A stretch of DNA of 64,000 bases from Eledone cirrhosa. Lineage: Eukaryota. The stretch covers positions 55,676,001 to 55,740,000 of the forward strand of contig OZ024741.1 of the NCBI GenBank assembly GCA_964016885.1, read 5' to 3'. The first letter of the stretch is position 1. Each line of letters opens with the position of its first letter. Positions 28,701 through 43,520 of this stretch are shown one piece after another. Below the pieces are notes generated by a model. That model did no database searches. It was not told the DNA's origin and worked only from the letters and a program-made list of their open reading frames with translations. The translations under genes were made by a program, and so were the position numbers.

Positions 28701-31700
28701 GCCAACAACTACACACTGTGTCAATCTATCCAGTCAACAACTACACACTGTGTCAATCTATCCAGTCAACAACTACACACTGTGTCAATCTATCCAACCC
28801 ACAACTACACAGTGTCAATCTATCCAGCCAACAACAACACACTGTGTCAATCTATCCAGCCAACAACTACACACTGTGTCAATCTATCCAGCCAACAATT
28901 ACACACTGTGTCAATCTATCCAGTCAACAACTACACACTGTGTCAATCTATCCAACCCACAACTACACAGTATCAATCTATCCAGCCAACAACAACACAC
29001 TGTGTCAATCTATCCAGCCAACAACTACACACTGTGTCAATCTATCCAGCCAACAACTACACACTGTGTCAATCTATCCAGTCAACAACTACACACTGTG
29101 TCAATCTATCCAGTCAACAACTACACACTGTGTCAATCTATCCAACCCACAACTACACAGTGTCAATCTATCCAGCCAACAACAACACACAGTGTCAATC
29201 TATCCAGCCAACAACTACACACTGTGTCAATCTATCCAGCCAACAACTACACACTGAGTCAATCTATCCAGTCAACAACTACACAGTGTCTATCTATCCA
29301 GTCAACAACTACACAGTGTCTATCTATCCAGCCAACATCTACACACTGTGTCAATCTATCCAGTCAACAACTACACACTGTGTCAATCTATCCAGTCAAC
29401 AACTACACACTGTGTCAATCTATCCAACCCACAACTACACAGTGTCAATCTATCCAGCAGCCAACAACTACACACTGTGTCAATCTATCCAGCCAACAAC
29501 TACACACTGAGTCAATCTATCCAGTCAACAACTACACAGTGTCTATCTCTCCAGTCAACAACTACACAGTGTCTATCTATCCAGGCAACAACTACACAGT
29601 GTCTATCTATCCAGCCAACATCTACACACTGTGTCAATCTATCCAGTCAACATCTACACACTGTGTCAATCTATCCAGTCAACAACTACACACTGTGTCA
29701 ATCTATCCAACCCACAACTACACACTGTGTCAATTTATCCAGCCAACAACTACACACTCTGTCAATCTATCCAGCCAACAACTACACAGTGTCTATCTAT
29801 CCAGTCAACAACTACACAGTGTCTATCTATCCAGTCAACAACTACACACTGTGTCTATATATCCAGTCAACAACTACACACTGTGTCAATCTATCCAGTC
29901 AACAACTGCACAGTGTCTATCTATCCAGTCAACAACTACACAGTGTCTATCTATCCAGTCAACAACTACACACTGTGTCTATATATCCAGTCAACAACTA
30001 CACACTCTGTCAATCTATCCAGCCAACAACTACACAGTGTCTATCTATCCAGTCAACAACTACACAGTGTCTATCTATCCAGTCAACAACTACACACTGT
30101 GTCTATATATCCAGTCAACAACTACACACTCTGTCAATCTATCCAGTCAACAACTACACAGTGTCTATCTATCCAGTCAACAACTACACAGTGTCTATCT
30201 ATCCAGTCAACAACTACACACTGTGTCTATATATCCAGTCAACAACTACACAGTGCCTATCTATCCAGTCAACAACTACGCACTGTGTCAATCTATCCAG
30301 CCAACAACAACACACTGTGTCAATCTATCCAGCCAACAACTACACACTGTGTCAATCTATCCAGTCAACAACTACACACTGTGTCAATCTATCCAGCCAA
30401 CAACTACACACTGTGTCTATCTATCTAGTCAACAATTACACAGTGTCTATCTATCCAACCCACAACTACACACTGTGTCAATCTATCCAGCCAACAATTA
30501 CACAGTGTCTATCTATCCAACCCACAACTACACACTGTGTCAATCTATCCAGTCAACAACTACACTGTGTCTATCTATCCAGTCAACAACTACATAGTGT
30601 CTATATATCCAGTCGACAACTACACTCTGTGTCAATCTATCCAGTCAACACCTACACAGTGTCTATCTCTCCAGTCAACAACTACACACTGTATCAATCT
30701 ATCCAGTCAACAACTACACAGTGTCTATCTATCGAGTCAACAACTACACACTGTGTCAATCTATCCAGTCAACAGCTACACAGTGTCTATATATCTAGTC
30801 AACAACTACACACTGTGTCTATCTATCCTGTCAACAACTACACAGTGTCCATCTCTCCAGTCAACAACTACAGAGTGTCTATCTATCCAGTCAACATCTA
30901 CACACTGTGTCAATCTATCCAGTAAACAACTACACAGTGTCTATATATATCCAGTCAACAACTACACAGTATCTATCTATCCAGTCAACATCTACACACT
31001 GTGTCAATCTATCCAGTGAACAACTACACAGTGTCTATATATATCCAGTCAACAACTACACAGTATCTATCTATCCAGTCAACATCTACACACTGTGTCA
31101 ATCTATCCAGTCAACAACTACACGCTGTGTCAATCTTTCCAGTCAACAACTACACACTGTGTCAATCTATCCAGTCAATAACTACACAGTATCTATCTAT
31201 CCAGTCAACAACTGCACAGTGTCTATCTATCCAGTCAACATCTACACACTGTGTCAATGTATCCAGCCAACAACTACACACTGTGTCAATCTATCCAGCC
31301 AACAACAACACACTGTGTCAATCTATCCAGCCAACAACAACACACTGTGTCAATCTATCCAGTCAACAACTACACACTGTTTAATCTATCCAGCCAACAA
31401 CAACACAGTGTGTCAATCTATCCAGTCAACAACTACACAGTGTCTATCTATCCAGCCAACAACTACACAGTGTCAATCTATCCAGTCAACAACTACACAC
31501 TGTGTCAATCTATCCAGCCAACAATCTATCCAGTCAACAACTACACAGTGTCTATCTATCCAGTCAACAACTACACGGTGTCTATCTATCCAGTCAACAA
31601 CTACACACTGTGTCTATATATCCAGTCAACAACTACACACTGTGTCAATCTATCCAGTCAACAACTACACACTGTGTCAATCTATCCAACCCACAACTAC

Positions 31701-34700
31701 ACACTGTGTCAATTTATCCAGCCAACAACTACACACTCTGTCAATCTATCCAGCCAACAACTACACAGTGTCTATCTATCCAGTCAACAACTACACAGTG
31801 TCTATCTATCCAGTCAACAACTACACACTGTGTCTATATATCCAGTCAACAACTACACACTGTGTCAATCTATCCAGTCAACAACTGCACAGTGTCTATC
31901 TATCCAGTCAACAACTACACAGTGTCTATCTATCCAGTCAACAACTACACACTGTGTCTATATATCCAGTCAACAACTACACACTCTGTCAATCTATCCA
32001 GCCAACAACTACACAGTGTCTATCTATCCAGTCAACAACTACACAGTGTCTATCTATCCAGTCAACAACTACACACTGTGTCTATATATCCAGTCAACAA
32101 CTACACACTCTGTCAATCTATCCAGTCAACAACTACACAGTGTCTATCTATCCAGTCAACAACTACACAGTGTCTATCTATCCAGTCAACAACTACACAC
32201 TGTGTCTATATATCCAGTCAACAACTACACAGTGCCTATCTATCCAGTCAACAACTACGCACTGTGTCAATCTATCCAGCCAACAACAACACACTGTGTC
32301 AATCTATCCAGCCAACAACTACACACTGTGTCAATCTATCCAGTCAACAACTACACACTGTGTCAATCTATCCAGCCAACAACTACACACTGTGTCTATC
32401 TATCTAGTCAACAATTACACAGTGTCTATCTATCCAACCCACAACTACACACTGTGTCAATCTATCCAGCCAACAATTACACAGTGTCTATCTATCCAAC
32501 CCACAACTACACACTGTGTCAATCTATCCAGTCAACAACTACACTGTGTCTATCTATCCAGTCAACAACTACATAGTGTCTATATATCCAGTCGACAACT
32601 ACACTCTGTGTCAATCTATCCAGTCAACACCTACACAGTGTCTATCTCTCCAGTCAACAACTACACACTGTATCAATCTATCCAGTCAACAACTACACAG
32701 TGTCTATCTATCGAGTCAACAACTACACACTGTGTCAATCTATCCAGTCAACAGCTACACAGTGTCTATATATCTAGTCAACAACTACACACTGTGTCTA
32801 TCTATCCTGTCAACAACTACACAGTGTCCATCTCTCCAGTCAACAACTACAGAGTGTCTATCTATCCAGTCAACATCTACACACTGTGTCAATCTATCCA
32901 GTAAACAACTACACAGTGTCTATATATATCCAGTCAACAACTACACAGTATCTATCTATCCAGTCAACATCTACACACTGTGTCAATCTATCCAGTGAAC
33001 AACTACACAGTGTCTATATATATCCAGTCAACAACTACACAGTATCTATCTATCCAGTCAACATCTACACACTGTGTCAATCTATCCAGTCAACAACTAC
33101 ACGCTGTGTCAATCTTTCCAGTCAACAACTACACACTGTGTCAATCTATCCAGTCAATAACTACACAGTATCTATCTATCCAGTCAACAACTGCACAGTG
33201 TCTATCTATCCAGTCAACATCTACACACTGTGTCAATGTATCCAGCCAACAACTACACACTGTGTCAATCTATCCAGCCAACAACAACACACTGTGTCAA
33301 TCTATCCAGCCAACAACAACACACTGTGTCAATCTATCCAGTCAACAACTACACACTGTTTAATCTATCCAGCCAACAACAACACAGTGTGTCAATCTAT
33401 CCAGTCAACAACTACACAGTGTCTATCTATCCAGCCAACAACTACACAGTGTCAATCTATCCAGTCAACAACTACACACTGTGTCAATCTATCCAGCCAA
33501 CAATCTATCCAGTCAACAACTACACAGTGTCTATCTATCCAGTCAACAACTACACGGTGTCTATCTATCCAGTCAACAACTACACACTGTGTCTATATAT
33601 CCAGTCAACAACTACACACTGTGTCAATCTATCCAGTCAACAACTACACACTGTGTCAATCTATCCAACCCACAACTACACACTGTGTCAATTTATCCAG
33701 CCAACAACTACACACTCTGTCAATCTATCCAGCCAACAACTACACAGTGTCTATCTATCCAGTCAACAACTACACAGTGTCTATCTATCCAGTCAACAAC
33801 TACACACTGTGTCTATATATCCAGTCAACAACTACACACTGTGTCAATCTATCCAGTCAACAACTGCACAGTGTCTATCTATCCAGTCAACAACTACACA
33901 GTGTCTATCTATCCAGTCAACAACTACACACTGTGTCTATATATCCAGTCAACAACTACACACTCTGTCAATCTATCCAGCCAACAACTACACAGTGTCT
34001 ATCTATCCAGTCAACAACTACACAGTGTCTATCTATCCAGTCAACAACTACACACTGTGTCTATATATCCAGTCAACAACTACACACTCTGTCAATCTAT
34101 CCAGTCAACAACTACACAGTGTCTATCTATCCAGTCAACAACTACACAGTGTCTATCTATCCAGTCAACAACTACACACTGTGTCTATATATCCAGTCAA
34201 CAACTACACAGTGCCTATCTATCCAGTCAACAACTACGCACTGTGTCAATCTATCCAGCCAACAACAACACACTGTGTCAATCTATCCAGCCAACAACTA
34301 CACACTGTGTCAATCTATCCAGTCAACAACTACACACTGTGTCAATCTATCCAGCCAACAACTACACACTGTGTCTATCTATCTAGTCAACAATTACACA
34401 GTGTCTATCTATCCAACCCACAACTACACACTGTGTCAATCTATCCAGCCAACAATTACACAGTGTCTATCTATCCAACCCACAACTACACACTGTGTCA
34501 ATCTATCCAGTCAACAACTACACTGTGTCTATCTATCCAGTCAACAACTACATAGTGTCTATATATCCAGTCAACAACTACACTCTGTGTCAATCTATCC
34601 AGTCAACACCTACACAGTGTCTATCTCTCCACTCAACAACTACACACTGTATCAATCTATCCAGTCAACAACTACACAGTGTCTATCTATCGAGTCAACA

Positions 34701-37700
34701 ACTACACACTGTGTCAATCTATCCAGTCAACAGCTACACAGTGTCTATATATCTAGTCAACAACTACACACTGTGTCTATCTATCCTGTCAACAACTACA
34801 CAGTGTCCATCTCTCCAGTCAACAACTACAGAGTGTCTATCTATCCAGTCAACATCTACACACTGTGTCAATCTATCCAGTAAACAGCTACACAGTGTCT
34901 ATATATATCCAGTCAACAACTACACAGTATCTATCTATCCAGTCAACATCTACACACTGTGTCAATCTATCCAGTGAACAACTACACAGTGTCTATATAT
35001 ATCCAGTCAACACCTACACAGTATCTATCTATCCAGTCAACATCTACACACTGTGTCAATCTATCCAGTCAACAACTACACGCTGTGTCAATCTTTCCAG
35101 TCAACAACTACACACTGTGTCAATCTATCCAGTCAATAACTACACAGTATCTATCTATCCAGTCAACAACTGCACAGTGTCTATCTATCCAGTCAACATC
35201 TACACACTGTGTCAATGTATCCAGCCAACAACTACACACTGTGTCAATCTATCCAGCCAACAACAACATACTGTGTCAATCTATCCAGCCAACAACAACA
35301 CACTGTGTCAATCTATCCAGTCAACAACTACACACTGTTTAATCTATCCAGCCAACAACAACACAGTGTGTCAATCTATCCAGTCAACAACTACACAGTG
35401 TCTATCTATCCAGCCAACAACTACACAGTGTCAATCTATCCAGTCAACAACTACATACTGTGTCAATCTATCCAGCCAACAATCTATCCAGTGAACAACT
35501 ACACAGTGTCTATCTATCCAGTCAACAACTACACGGTGTCTATATATCCAGTCAACAACAACTACACACTGTGTCAATCTATCCAGTCAACAACTATACG
35601 CTGTGTCAATCTATCCAGTCAACAACTACACACTGTTTCAATCTATCCAGTCAACAACTACACACTGTGTCAATCTATCCAGCCAACAACTACACACTGT
35701 GTCAATCTATCCAGTCAACAACTACACACTGTGTCAATATATCCAGTCAACAACTACACACTGTGTCAATCTATCCAGCCAACAATCTATCCAGTCAACA
35801 ACTACACAGTGTCTATCTATCCAGTCAACAACTACACAGTGTCTATATATCCAGTCAACTACATCTACACACTGTGTCAATCTATCCAGCCAACAACTAC
35901 ACACTGTCTCAATCTATCCAGTCAACAACTACACACTGTGTCAATCTATCCAGTCAACAACTACACACTGTGTCAATCTATCCAACCCACAACTACACAG
36001 TGTCAATCTATCCAGCCAACAACAACACACTGTGTCAATCTATCCAGCCAACAACTACACACTGTGTCAATCTATCCAGCCAACAACTACACACTGTGTC
36101 AATCTATCCAGTCAACAACTACACACTGTGTCAATCTATCCAACCCACAACTACACAGTGTCAATCTATCCAGCCAACAACAACACACTGTGTCAATCTA
36201 TCCAGCCAACAACTACACACTGTGTCAATCTATCCAGCCAACAACTACACACTGTGTCAATCTATCCAGTCAACAACTACACACTGTGTCAATCTATCCA
36301 GTCAACAACTACACACTGTGTCAATCTATCCAACCCACAACTACACAGTGTCAATCTATCCAGCCAACAACTACACTCTGTGTCAATCTATCCAGCCAAC
36401 AACTACACACTGAGTCAATCTATCCAGTCAACACCTACACAGTGTCTATCTATCCAGTCAACAACTACACAGTGTCTATCTATCCAGCCAACATCTACAC
36501 ACTGTGTCAATCTATCCAGTCAACAACTACACACTGTGTCAATCTATCCAGTCAACAACTACACACTGTGTCAATCTATCCAACCCACAACTACACAGTG
36601 TCAATCTATCCAGCCAACAACTACACACTGTGTCAATCTATCCAGCCAACAACTACACACTGAGTCAATCTATCCAGTCAACAACTACACAGTGTCTATC
36701 TATCCAGTCAACAACTACACAGTGTCTATCTATCCAGGCAACAACTACACAGTGTCTATCTATCCAGCCAACATCTACACACTGTGTCAATCTATCCAGT
36801 CAACAACTACACACTGTGTCAATCTATCCAACCCACAACTACACACTGTGTCAATTTATCCAGCCAACAACTACACACTTTGTCAATCTATCCAGCCAAC
36901 AACTACACAGTGTTTATCTATCCAGTCAACAACTACACAGTGTCTATATATCCAGTCAACAACTACACACTGTGTCAATCTATCCAGTCAACAACTACAC
37001 AGTGTCTATCTATCCAGTCAACAACTACACAGTGTCTATCTATCCAGTCAACAACTACACACTGTGTCTATATATCCAGTCAACAACTACACACTCTGTC
37101 AATCTATCCAGCCAACAACTACACAGTGTCTATCTATCCAGTCAACAACTACACAGTGTCTATCTATCCAGTCAGCAACTACACACTGTGTCTATATATC
37201 CAGTCAACAACTACACACTCTGTCAATCTATCCAGTCAACAACTACACAGTGTCTATCTATCCAGTCAACAACTACACAGTGTCTATCTATCCAGTCAAC
37301 AACTACACACTGTGTCTATATATCCAGTCAACAACTACACAGTGCCTATCTATCCAGTCAACAACTACGCACTGTGTCAATCTATCCAGCCAACAACAAC
37401 ACACTGTGTCAATCTATCCAGCCAACAACTACACACTGTGTCAATCTATCCAGTCAACAACTACACACTGTGTCAATCTATCCAGTCAACAACTACACAC
37501 TGTGTCTATATATCCAGCCAACAACTACACACTGTGTCAATCTATCCAGTCAACAACTACACACTGTGTCTATATATCCAGCCAACAACTACACACTGTG
37601 TCAATCTATCCAGTCAACAACTACACACTGTGTCAATCTATCCAGCCAACAACAACACACTGTGTCAATCTATCCAGCCAACAACTACACACTGTGTCAA

Positions 37701-40531
37701 TCTATCCAGCCAACAACTACACACTGTGTCAATCTATCCAGTCAACAACTACACACTGTGTCAATCTATCCAGTCAACAACTAGACACTGTGTCAATCTA
37801 TCCAACCCACAACTACACACTGTGTCAATCTATCCAGCCAACAACTACACACTGTGTCAATCTATCCAGCCAACAACTACACACTGTGTCAATCTATCCA
37901 GTCAACAACTACACACTGTGTCAATCTATCCAACCCACAACTACACAGTGTCAATCTATCCAGCCAACAACAACACACAGTGTCAATCTATCCAGCCAAC
38001 AACTACACACTGTGTCAATCTATCCAGCCAACAACTACACACTGAGTCAATCTATCCAGTCAACAACTACACAGTGTCTATCTATCCAGTCAACAACTAC
38101 ACAGTGTCTATCTATCCAGCCAACATCTACACACTGTGTCAATCTATCCAGTCAACAACTACACACTGTGTCAATCTATCCAGTCAACAACTACACACTG
38201 TGTCAATCTATCCAACCCACAACTACACAGTGTCAATCTATCCAGCCAACAACTACACACTGTGTCAATCTATCCAGCCAACAACTACACACTGTGTCAA
38301 TCTATCCAGTCAACAACTACACAGTGTCTATCTATCCAGTCAACAACTACACAGTGTCTATCTATCCAGGCAACAACTACACAGTGTCTATCTATCCAGC
38401 CAACATCTACACACTGTGTCAATCTATCCAGTCAACAACTACACACTGTGTCAATCTATCCAGTCAACAACTACACACTGTGTCAATCTATCCAACCCAC
38501 AACTACACACTGTGTCAATTTATCCAGCCAACAACTACACACTCTGTCAATCTATCCAGCCAACAACTACACAGTGTCTATCTATCCAGTCAACAACTAC
38601 ACAGTGTCTATCTATCCAGTCAACAACTACACAGTGTCTATCTATCCAGTCAACAACTACACACTGTGTCTATATATCCAGTCAACAACTACACACTCTG
38701 TCAATCTATCCAGCCAACAACTACACAGTGTCTATCTATCCAGTCAACAACTACACAGTGTCTATCTATCCAGTCAACAACTACACACTGTGTCTATATA
38801 TCCAGTCAACAACTACACACTCTGTCAATCTATCCAGTCAACAACTACACAGTGTCTATCTATCCAGTCAACAACTACACAGTGTCTATCTATCCAGTCA
38901 ACAACTACACACTGTGTCTATATATCCAGTCAACAACTACACAGTGCCTATCTATCCAGTCAACAACTACGCACTGTGTCAATCTATCCAGCCAACAACA
39001 ACACACTGTGTCAATCTATCCAGCCAACAACTACACACTGTGTCAATCTATCCAGTCAACAACTACACACTGTGTCAATCTATCCAGTCAACAACTACAC
39101 ACTGTGTCTATATATCCAGCCAACAACTACACACTGTGTCAATCTATCCAGTCAACAACTACACACTGTGTCTATATATCCAGCCAACAACTACACACTG
39201 TGTCAATCTATCCAGTCAACAACTACACACTGTGTCAATCTATCCAGCCAACAACAACACACTGTGTCAATCTATCCAGCCAACAACTACACACTGTGTC
39301 AATCTATCCAGCCAACAACTACACACTGTGTCAATCTATCCAGTCAACAACTACACACTGTGTCAATCTACCCAGTCAACAACTAGACACTGTGTCAATC
39401 TATCCAACCCACAACTACACACTGTGTCAATCTATCCAGCCAACAACTACACACTGTGTCAATCTATCCAGCCAACAACTACACACTGTGTCAATCTATC
39501 CAGTCAACATCTACACTGTGTCAATCTATCCAGTCAACAACTACACACTGTGTAAATCTATCCAGTCAACAACTACACACTGTGTTAAACTATCCAGCCA
39601 ACAACTACACACTGTGTCAATATATCCAGTCAACATCTACACTGTGTCAATCTATCCAGTCAACAACTACACACTGTTTCAATCTATTCAGTCAACAACT
39701 ACACAGTGTCTATCTATCCAGCTAACAACTACACAGTGTCTATCTATCCAGCCAACAACTACACACTGTGTCAATCTATCCAGTCAACAACTACACACTG
39801 TGTCAATCTATTCAGTCAACAACTACACTGTGTCAATCTATCCAGCCAACAACTACACTGTGTCAATCTATCCAGCTAACAACTACACAGTGTCTATCTA
39901 TCCAGTCAACAACTACACACTGTGTCAATCTATCCAGCCAACAACTACACACTGTGTCAATCTATCCAGTCAACATCTACACACTGTGTTAATCTATCCA
40001 GTCAAGAACTACACACTGTGTCAATCTATCCAGTCAACAACTACACAGTGTCAATCTATCCAGTCAACATCTACACTGTGTCAATCTCTCCAGTCAACAT
40101 CTACACTGTGTCAATCTATCCAGTCAACAACTACACACTGTGTCAATCTATCCAGTCAACAACTACACAGTGTCAATCTATCCAGTCAACAACTACACAC
40201 TGTTTCAATCTATCCAGTCAACAACTACACACTGTGTCAATCTATCCAGTCAACAACTACACACTGTGTCAATCTATCCAGTCAACATCTACACACTGTG
40301 TCAATCTATCCAGTCAACAACTACACAATGTCTATATATCCAGTCAACAACTACACACTGTGTCAATCTATCCAGTCAACAACTACACAGTGTCAATCTA
40401 TCCAGTCAACAACTACACACTGTGTCAATCTATCCAGTCAACATCTACACACTGTGTCAATCTATCCAGTGAACAACTACACAATGTCTATATATCCAGT
40501 CAACAACTACACACTGTGTCAATCTATCCAG
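7720..40531. repeat. Satellite array, main segment (~32.8 kb, roughly 1000 monomers of 30/32 bp) with higher-order duplications
   Basis: Same monomers with recurrent variants (CAGCC, CAACCCAC, TATATATC, GTGAAC). Identical ORF translations recur at offsets 1979, 3075, 3278 and 4150 bp. Ends abruptly at ...CTATCCAG|ATTACTC. Confidence 0.98.
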
Positions 40532-41039
40532 ATTACTCTTCGAAACTAACAGCATTTTTTGTTAACAATAAATTCTTCACCGCTTGTGATCAACCCGATA
40601 TGTTTCAGCCGTGAATATCCCTTTTTTTTTTCTTTTATATGCCTACTATAATCAGGAATACAATGTCCAATGTGTTCTTCGCTAAAAACCAAGAGATGGG
40701 CAGTTATTTGGTCAGTAATGCTGACCCACCAACGAGAGTATTTACGGCTAAGGGACAGGAGGAGATAATGAGTAGTGATTTGGCCACTATTGCTGAGCCA
40801 CCAACGAGAGTATGTTGCGTATAAGGGGCAGGCGGGGTAGGTGGGTAGTGGTTTGGCCTCCGAGTCAAGGTTATGTTCATTTAAGGTAATTGAATGACAT
40901 TTACCATGAAACGTGAAAATAAATTTCTCTTTGACGTAACCCCGCTGAAGCAAGTTGTCAAGGGAAACAACTCTGTATCCCTACATGTGTGAGAGTTATT
41001 TCCCTTTGAACGTTTTTTTCTGTTTTTTTTATTATTAGA

Positions 41040-41220
41040 GCGTCGAACATGGTTTATCTTCTGAGTTCAAATCCCTCCGTGATTAGCTTTGCCTTTTACC
41101 CTTACGTGTCGGTAAAATATAGTACCAGTAACACACTGGGGTCAATTTAATTGACTTTCCCTTTCCTTCTTCCCTCTTCCCCCAAATTGCTGGTCGCGTG
41201 CCAAACGTAGAAACAGTTAC
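41040..41220 (+). mobile_element. tRNA-derived SINE, degenerate copy
   Basis: B box GAGTTCAAATCC followed by the family body CTTTGCCTTT...CGGTAAAATATAGTACCAGT...GTGCCAAACGTAGAAAC, shared with other copies in the window. Confidence 0.7.
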
Positions 41221-41324
41221 TACTCACTGAGCGGAAGATATATTGGTCAAATCGGTAGAGCATCGCACAGCTAGCTAAAAAATGTATTTACCTGTTATTT
41301 AGCTTCATGAGAAGATACATGAGT

Positions 41325-41635
41325 GTATTGAGATGCACACTACCTTGCCTTAGTGCCGTGGAAGAAACTTTATAGTGTAGCACTCAATACCTTGCCATAG
41401 TGCTGTAAAAAAAACATTATAGCGTAGCACTTAATATCTTACCGCAGTTCAGTGATAGAGATGTTATAGTATAGCACTCAATATCTTACCGCAGTTCAGT
41501 GATAGAGTTGTGATAGTGTAGCACTCAATATCTAGTCGTAGTGCAGTGATAAAGATACCTGAAGGCTGCACTTAATAACTTTCCATGGTTCTATGATAGA
41601 GGTGTTATGGTGTAGTACTCAATATCTTGTCATGA
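41325..41635. repeat. ~47-bp minisatellite, ~6 diverged copies
   Basis: TTATAGTGTAGCACTCAATATCTTACCGCAGTTCAGTGATAGAGATG recurring at about 41417, 41464 and 41511, with more diverged flanking units. Confidence 0.8.
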
Positions 41636-42929
41636 TGAAATATAATCCGCACCAGGATCATCCTCGCTTTCCCTTTCCTTGGGCTTGGATGTCATTAAAA
41701 TTGGTACCAATTGTTGTTGTTTAGCCACAGGCCAACATGGATCATGCAGAACCTATGGGCAAAGCGTGCCAACCATGGCTATCTTGCCTTGTTTTTTTAA
41801 TATAGCGTAGAACCATATTTATTCAATTGATTCTTTTTCTTTTCTTTTTCTTCTTTGTGTGTTCTTTCGTTGCCATGTTTCTAATGAAAGACACTGCCCA
41901 TGAGCTTAAATAATTTTGAAAATAATTTAGAATTTAGGTTGGTTTTTGTCCGTTAAGTCTGTCCTGCGATTCTTTCCTGAGACATTCTGACCACATGTCC
42001 AAAGTAACGGAGCTGTGATCTCTCAATTCGGATAAGTAGCGGCTCTACCTGGAGTGACTCTCAGATCTCTGAGTTACGCACTTTATCGAGTAACGTTATT
42101 CTAAAACAAGATGGTTGGATAACATCCATGAGCTTGGCTGGCCAGGCTTGGAGACAGTTGCTTCTGATAGCAACTGCTGGAAGGAGTATTTGAGGACTCT
42201 TCTGTGACCCTCGAAGAAGAAGAAGAATTTAGAGGGATTTAATGATATAACTAACTTGATAATTATCAGGTTGGTGGTTGGTGGTTTTTGCATAAAATTA
42301 TACTGGGGGGGGGGGGGTTTTAATGAATATAATTACTTCAAAATATGCAGTTTTGTATCATAGAACCAGGAGCGGTTTCGGTCGGTTTGCTATCGAAAGT
42401 GTTAAACAGTGGAGTAAGATTTGTGGTAGATTTAGCTGCTATTTTTAGCATGTTAAGCAATCGCACAGAAGCCTCAACGCAGGTTGAATTAAGTGCCATT
42501 GATGTACTAAGGAATGAGGGCTACATGTACATGTATCAGCAGCCTACATACATTCTTGAAATTTAAACTTCAAACAAACATCATATCTTAAGGGACAGCC
42601 CACCTCGTGATCCCAGCGGACTGGATGGAGAAAACATTGCATCGGAGGTCGACGAGGGGTCATGCTGGAACAGCCACTCCACCTCGTGGGGCTCGCATTT
42701 GCGGGTAGTCAGCTGCGCTCCGATAACAGTGGGCAGGGGTGTGGCTGAAAGTCTCCACTGCCACAAGCTCAACCACAAGCCTATCAGAGAGCAACAGATA
42801 CTTGGGCAATTTGCCCTCTTCGGATTGGTAGTTATGTGTCTTGGACAAAATGCAGATCCTTATATGTAAAAGTGTGTATGAGTTTGAATGTGTTGAGTCG
42901 TACTTTGAGTCGTTTCAGAAGTGAGTGCT

Positions 42930-43150
42930 CTAGTTGATTCAATAACGGAACAACCTACTCGTGAAATTAATGTGTAAGTGGCTGAGCATTCCACTGTGAC
43001 AGGCTAGTCCCTTAAATTAGAAACAAAACTCAAATTTGCCAGCTAAGTGGACTGGACCAACGTGAAATAAAATGCCTTGCTGAAGGACACAACGCACCAC
43101 CTGGTCCGGGAATCAAACTCACAAACCTCTTGATTTTGAGTCCAGTAACC
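42930..43150 (-). mobile_element. SINE (second family), degenerate copy
   Basis: Minus strand GAGTTTGATTCCCGG...TTGTGTCCTTCAGCAAGGCATTTTATTTCACGTTGGTCCAGTCCACTTAGCTG, homologous to the 51920-52195 copy. Confidence 0.65.
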
Positions 43151-43354
43151 TACCCATATTTTTTTTTTTTATATATCAAAGATTTTCTTGCTTGACACAA
43201 TTTCTGATGGAGTCATGGGGATATGCCGCTGTCGTAACGTAAGTGGCGCTGTATTGTGCATTTTAAACCTGGCGGAGCTCATCCCTCTCCTGATGTGAAC
43301 ACAGTGGGGTTCAGCCAGAAGAGGAGAGAGAGAGGAAGTGAGAAAGAGACATAG

Positions 43355-43520
43355 AGGAATAATAAACCCCAATATTGGACATGAGCTTCTTTTATCGGCC
43401 TCGAAAGGATGAAACTCAAAGTTGACCTCGGTGAGGTTTGAGCTCAGAGCCCAGAGAGCCGGAGCGAATGCAGCAAAGTATTCTATCTGACCTTCCAACG
43501 ATTCTACCAATTCCCCGCCT
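43355..43520 (-). mobile_element. tRNA-derived SINE copy
   Basis: Minus strand TGGTAGAATCG A box, GAGCTCAAACC B-box variant, GAGGTCAACTTTG..TTTCATCCTTTCGAGGCCGATAAAA body. Confidence 0.7.

Noticed and set aside
1-40531. CRISPR-like array (30-32-bp repeats)
   Set aside because: Repeats are head-to-tail with no unique spacers, there are no cas genes, and the context is eukaryotic
9263-40549. Very long ORFs (up to 1648 aa) of SIYPVNNYT/CQSIQSTTTH/LSSQQLH repeats
   Set aside because: The consensus monomers lack stops on the + strand in all three frames; the ORFs overlap in every frame, switch peptide with each 32-mer and mostly start at GTG, so they are artefacts of the satellite
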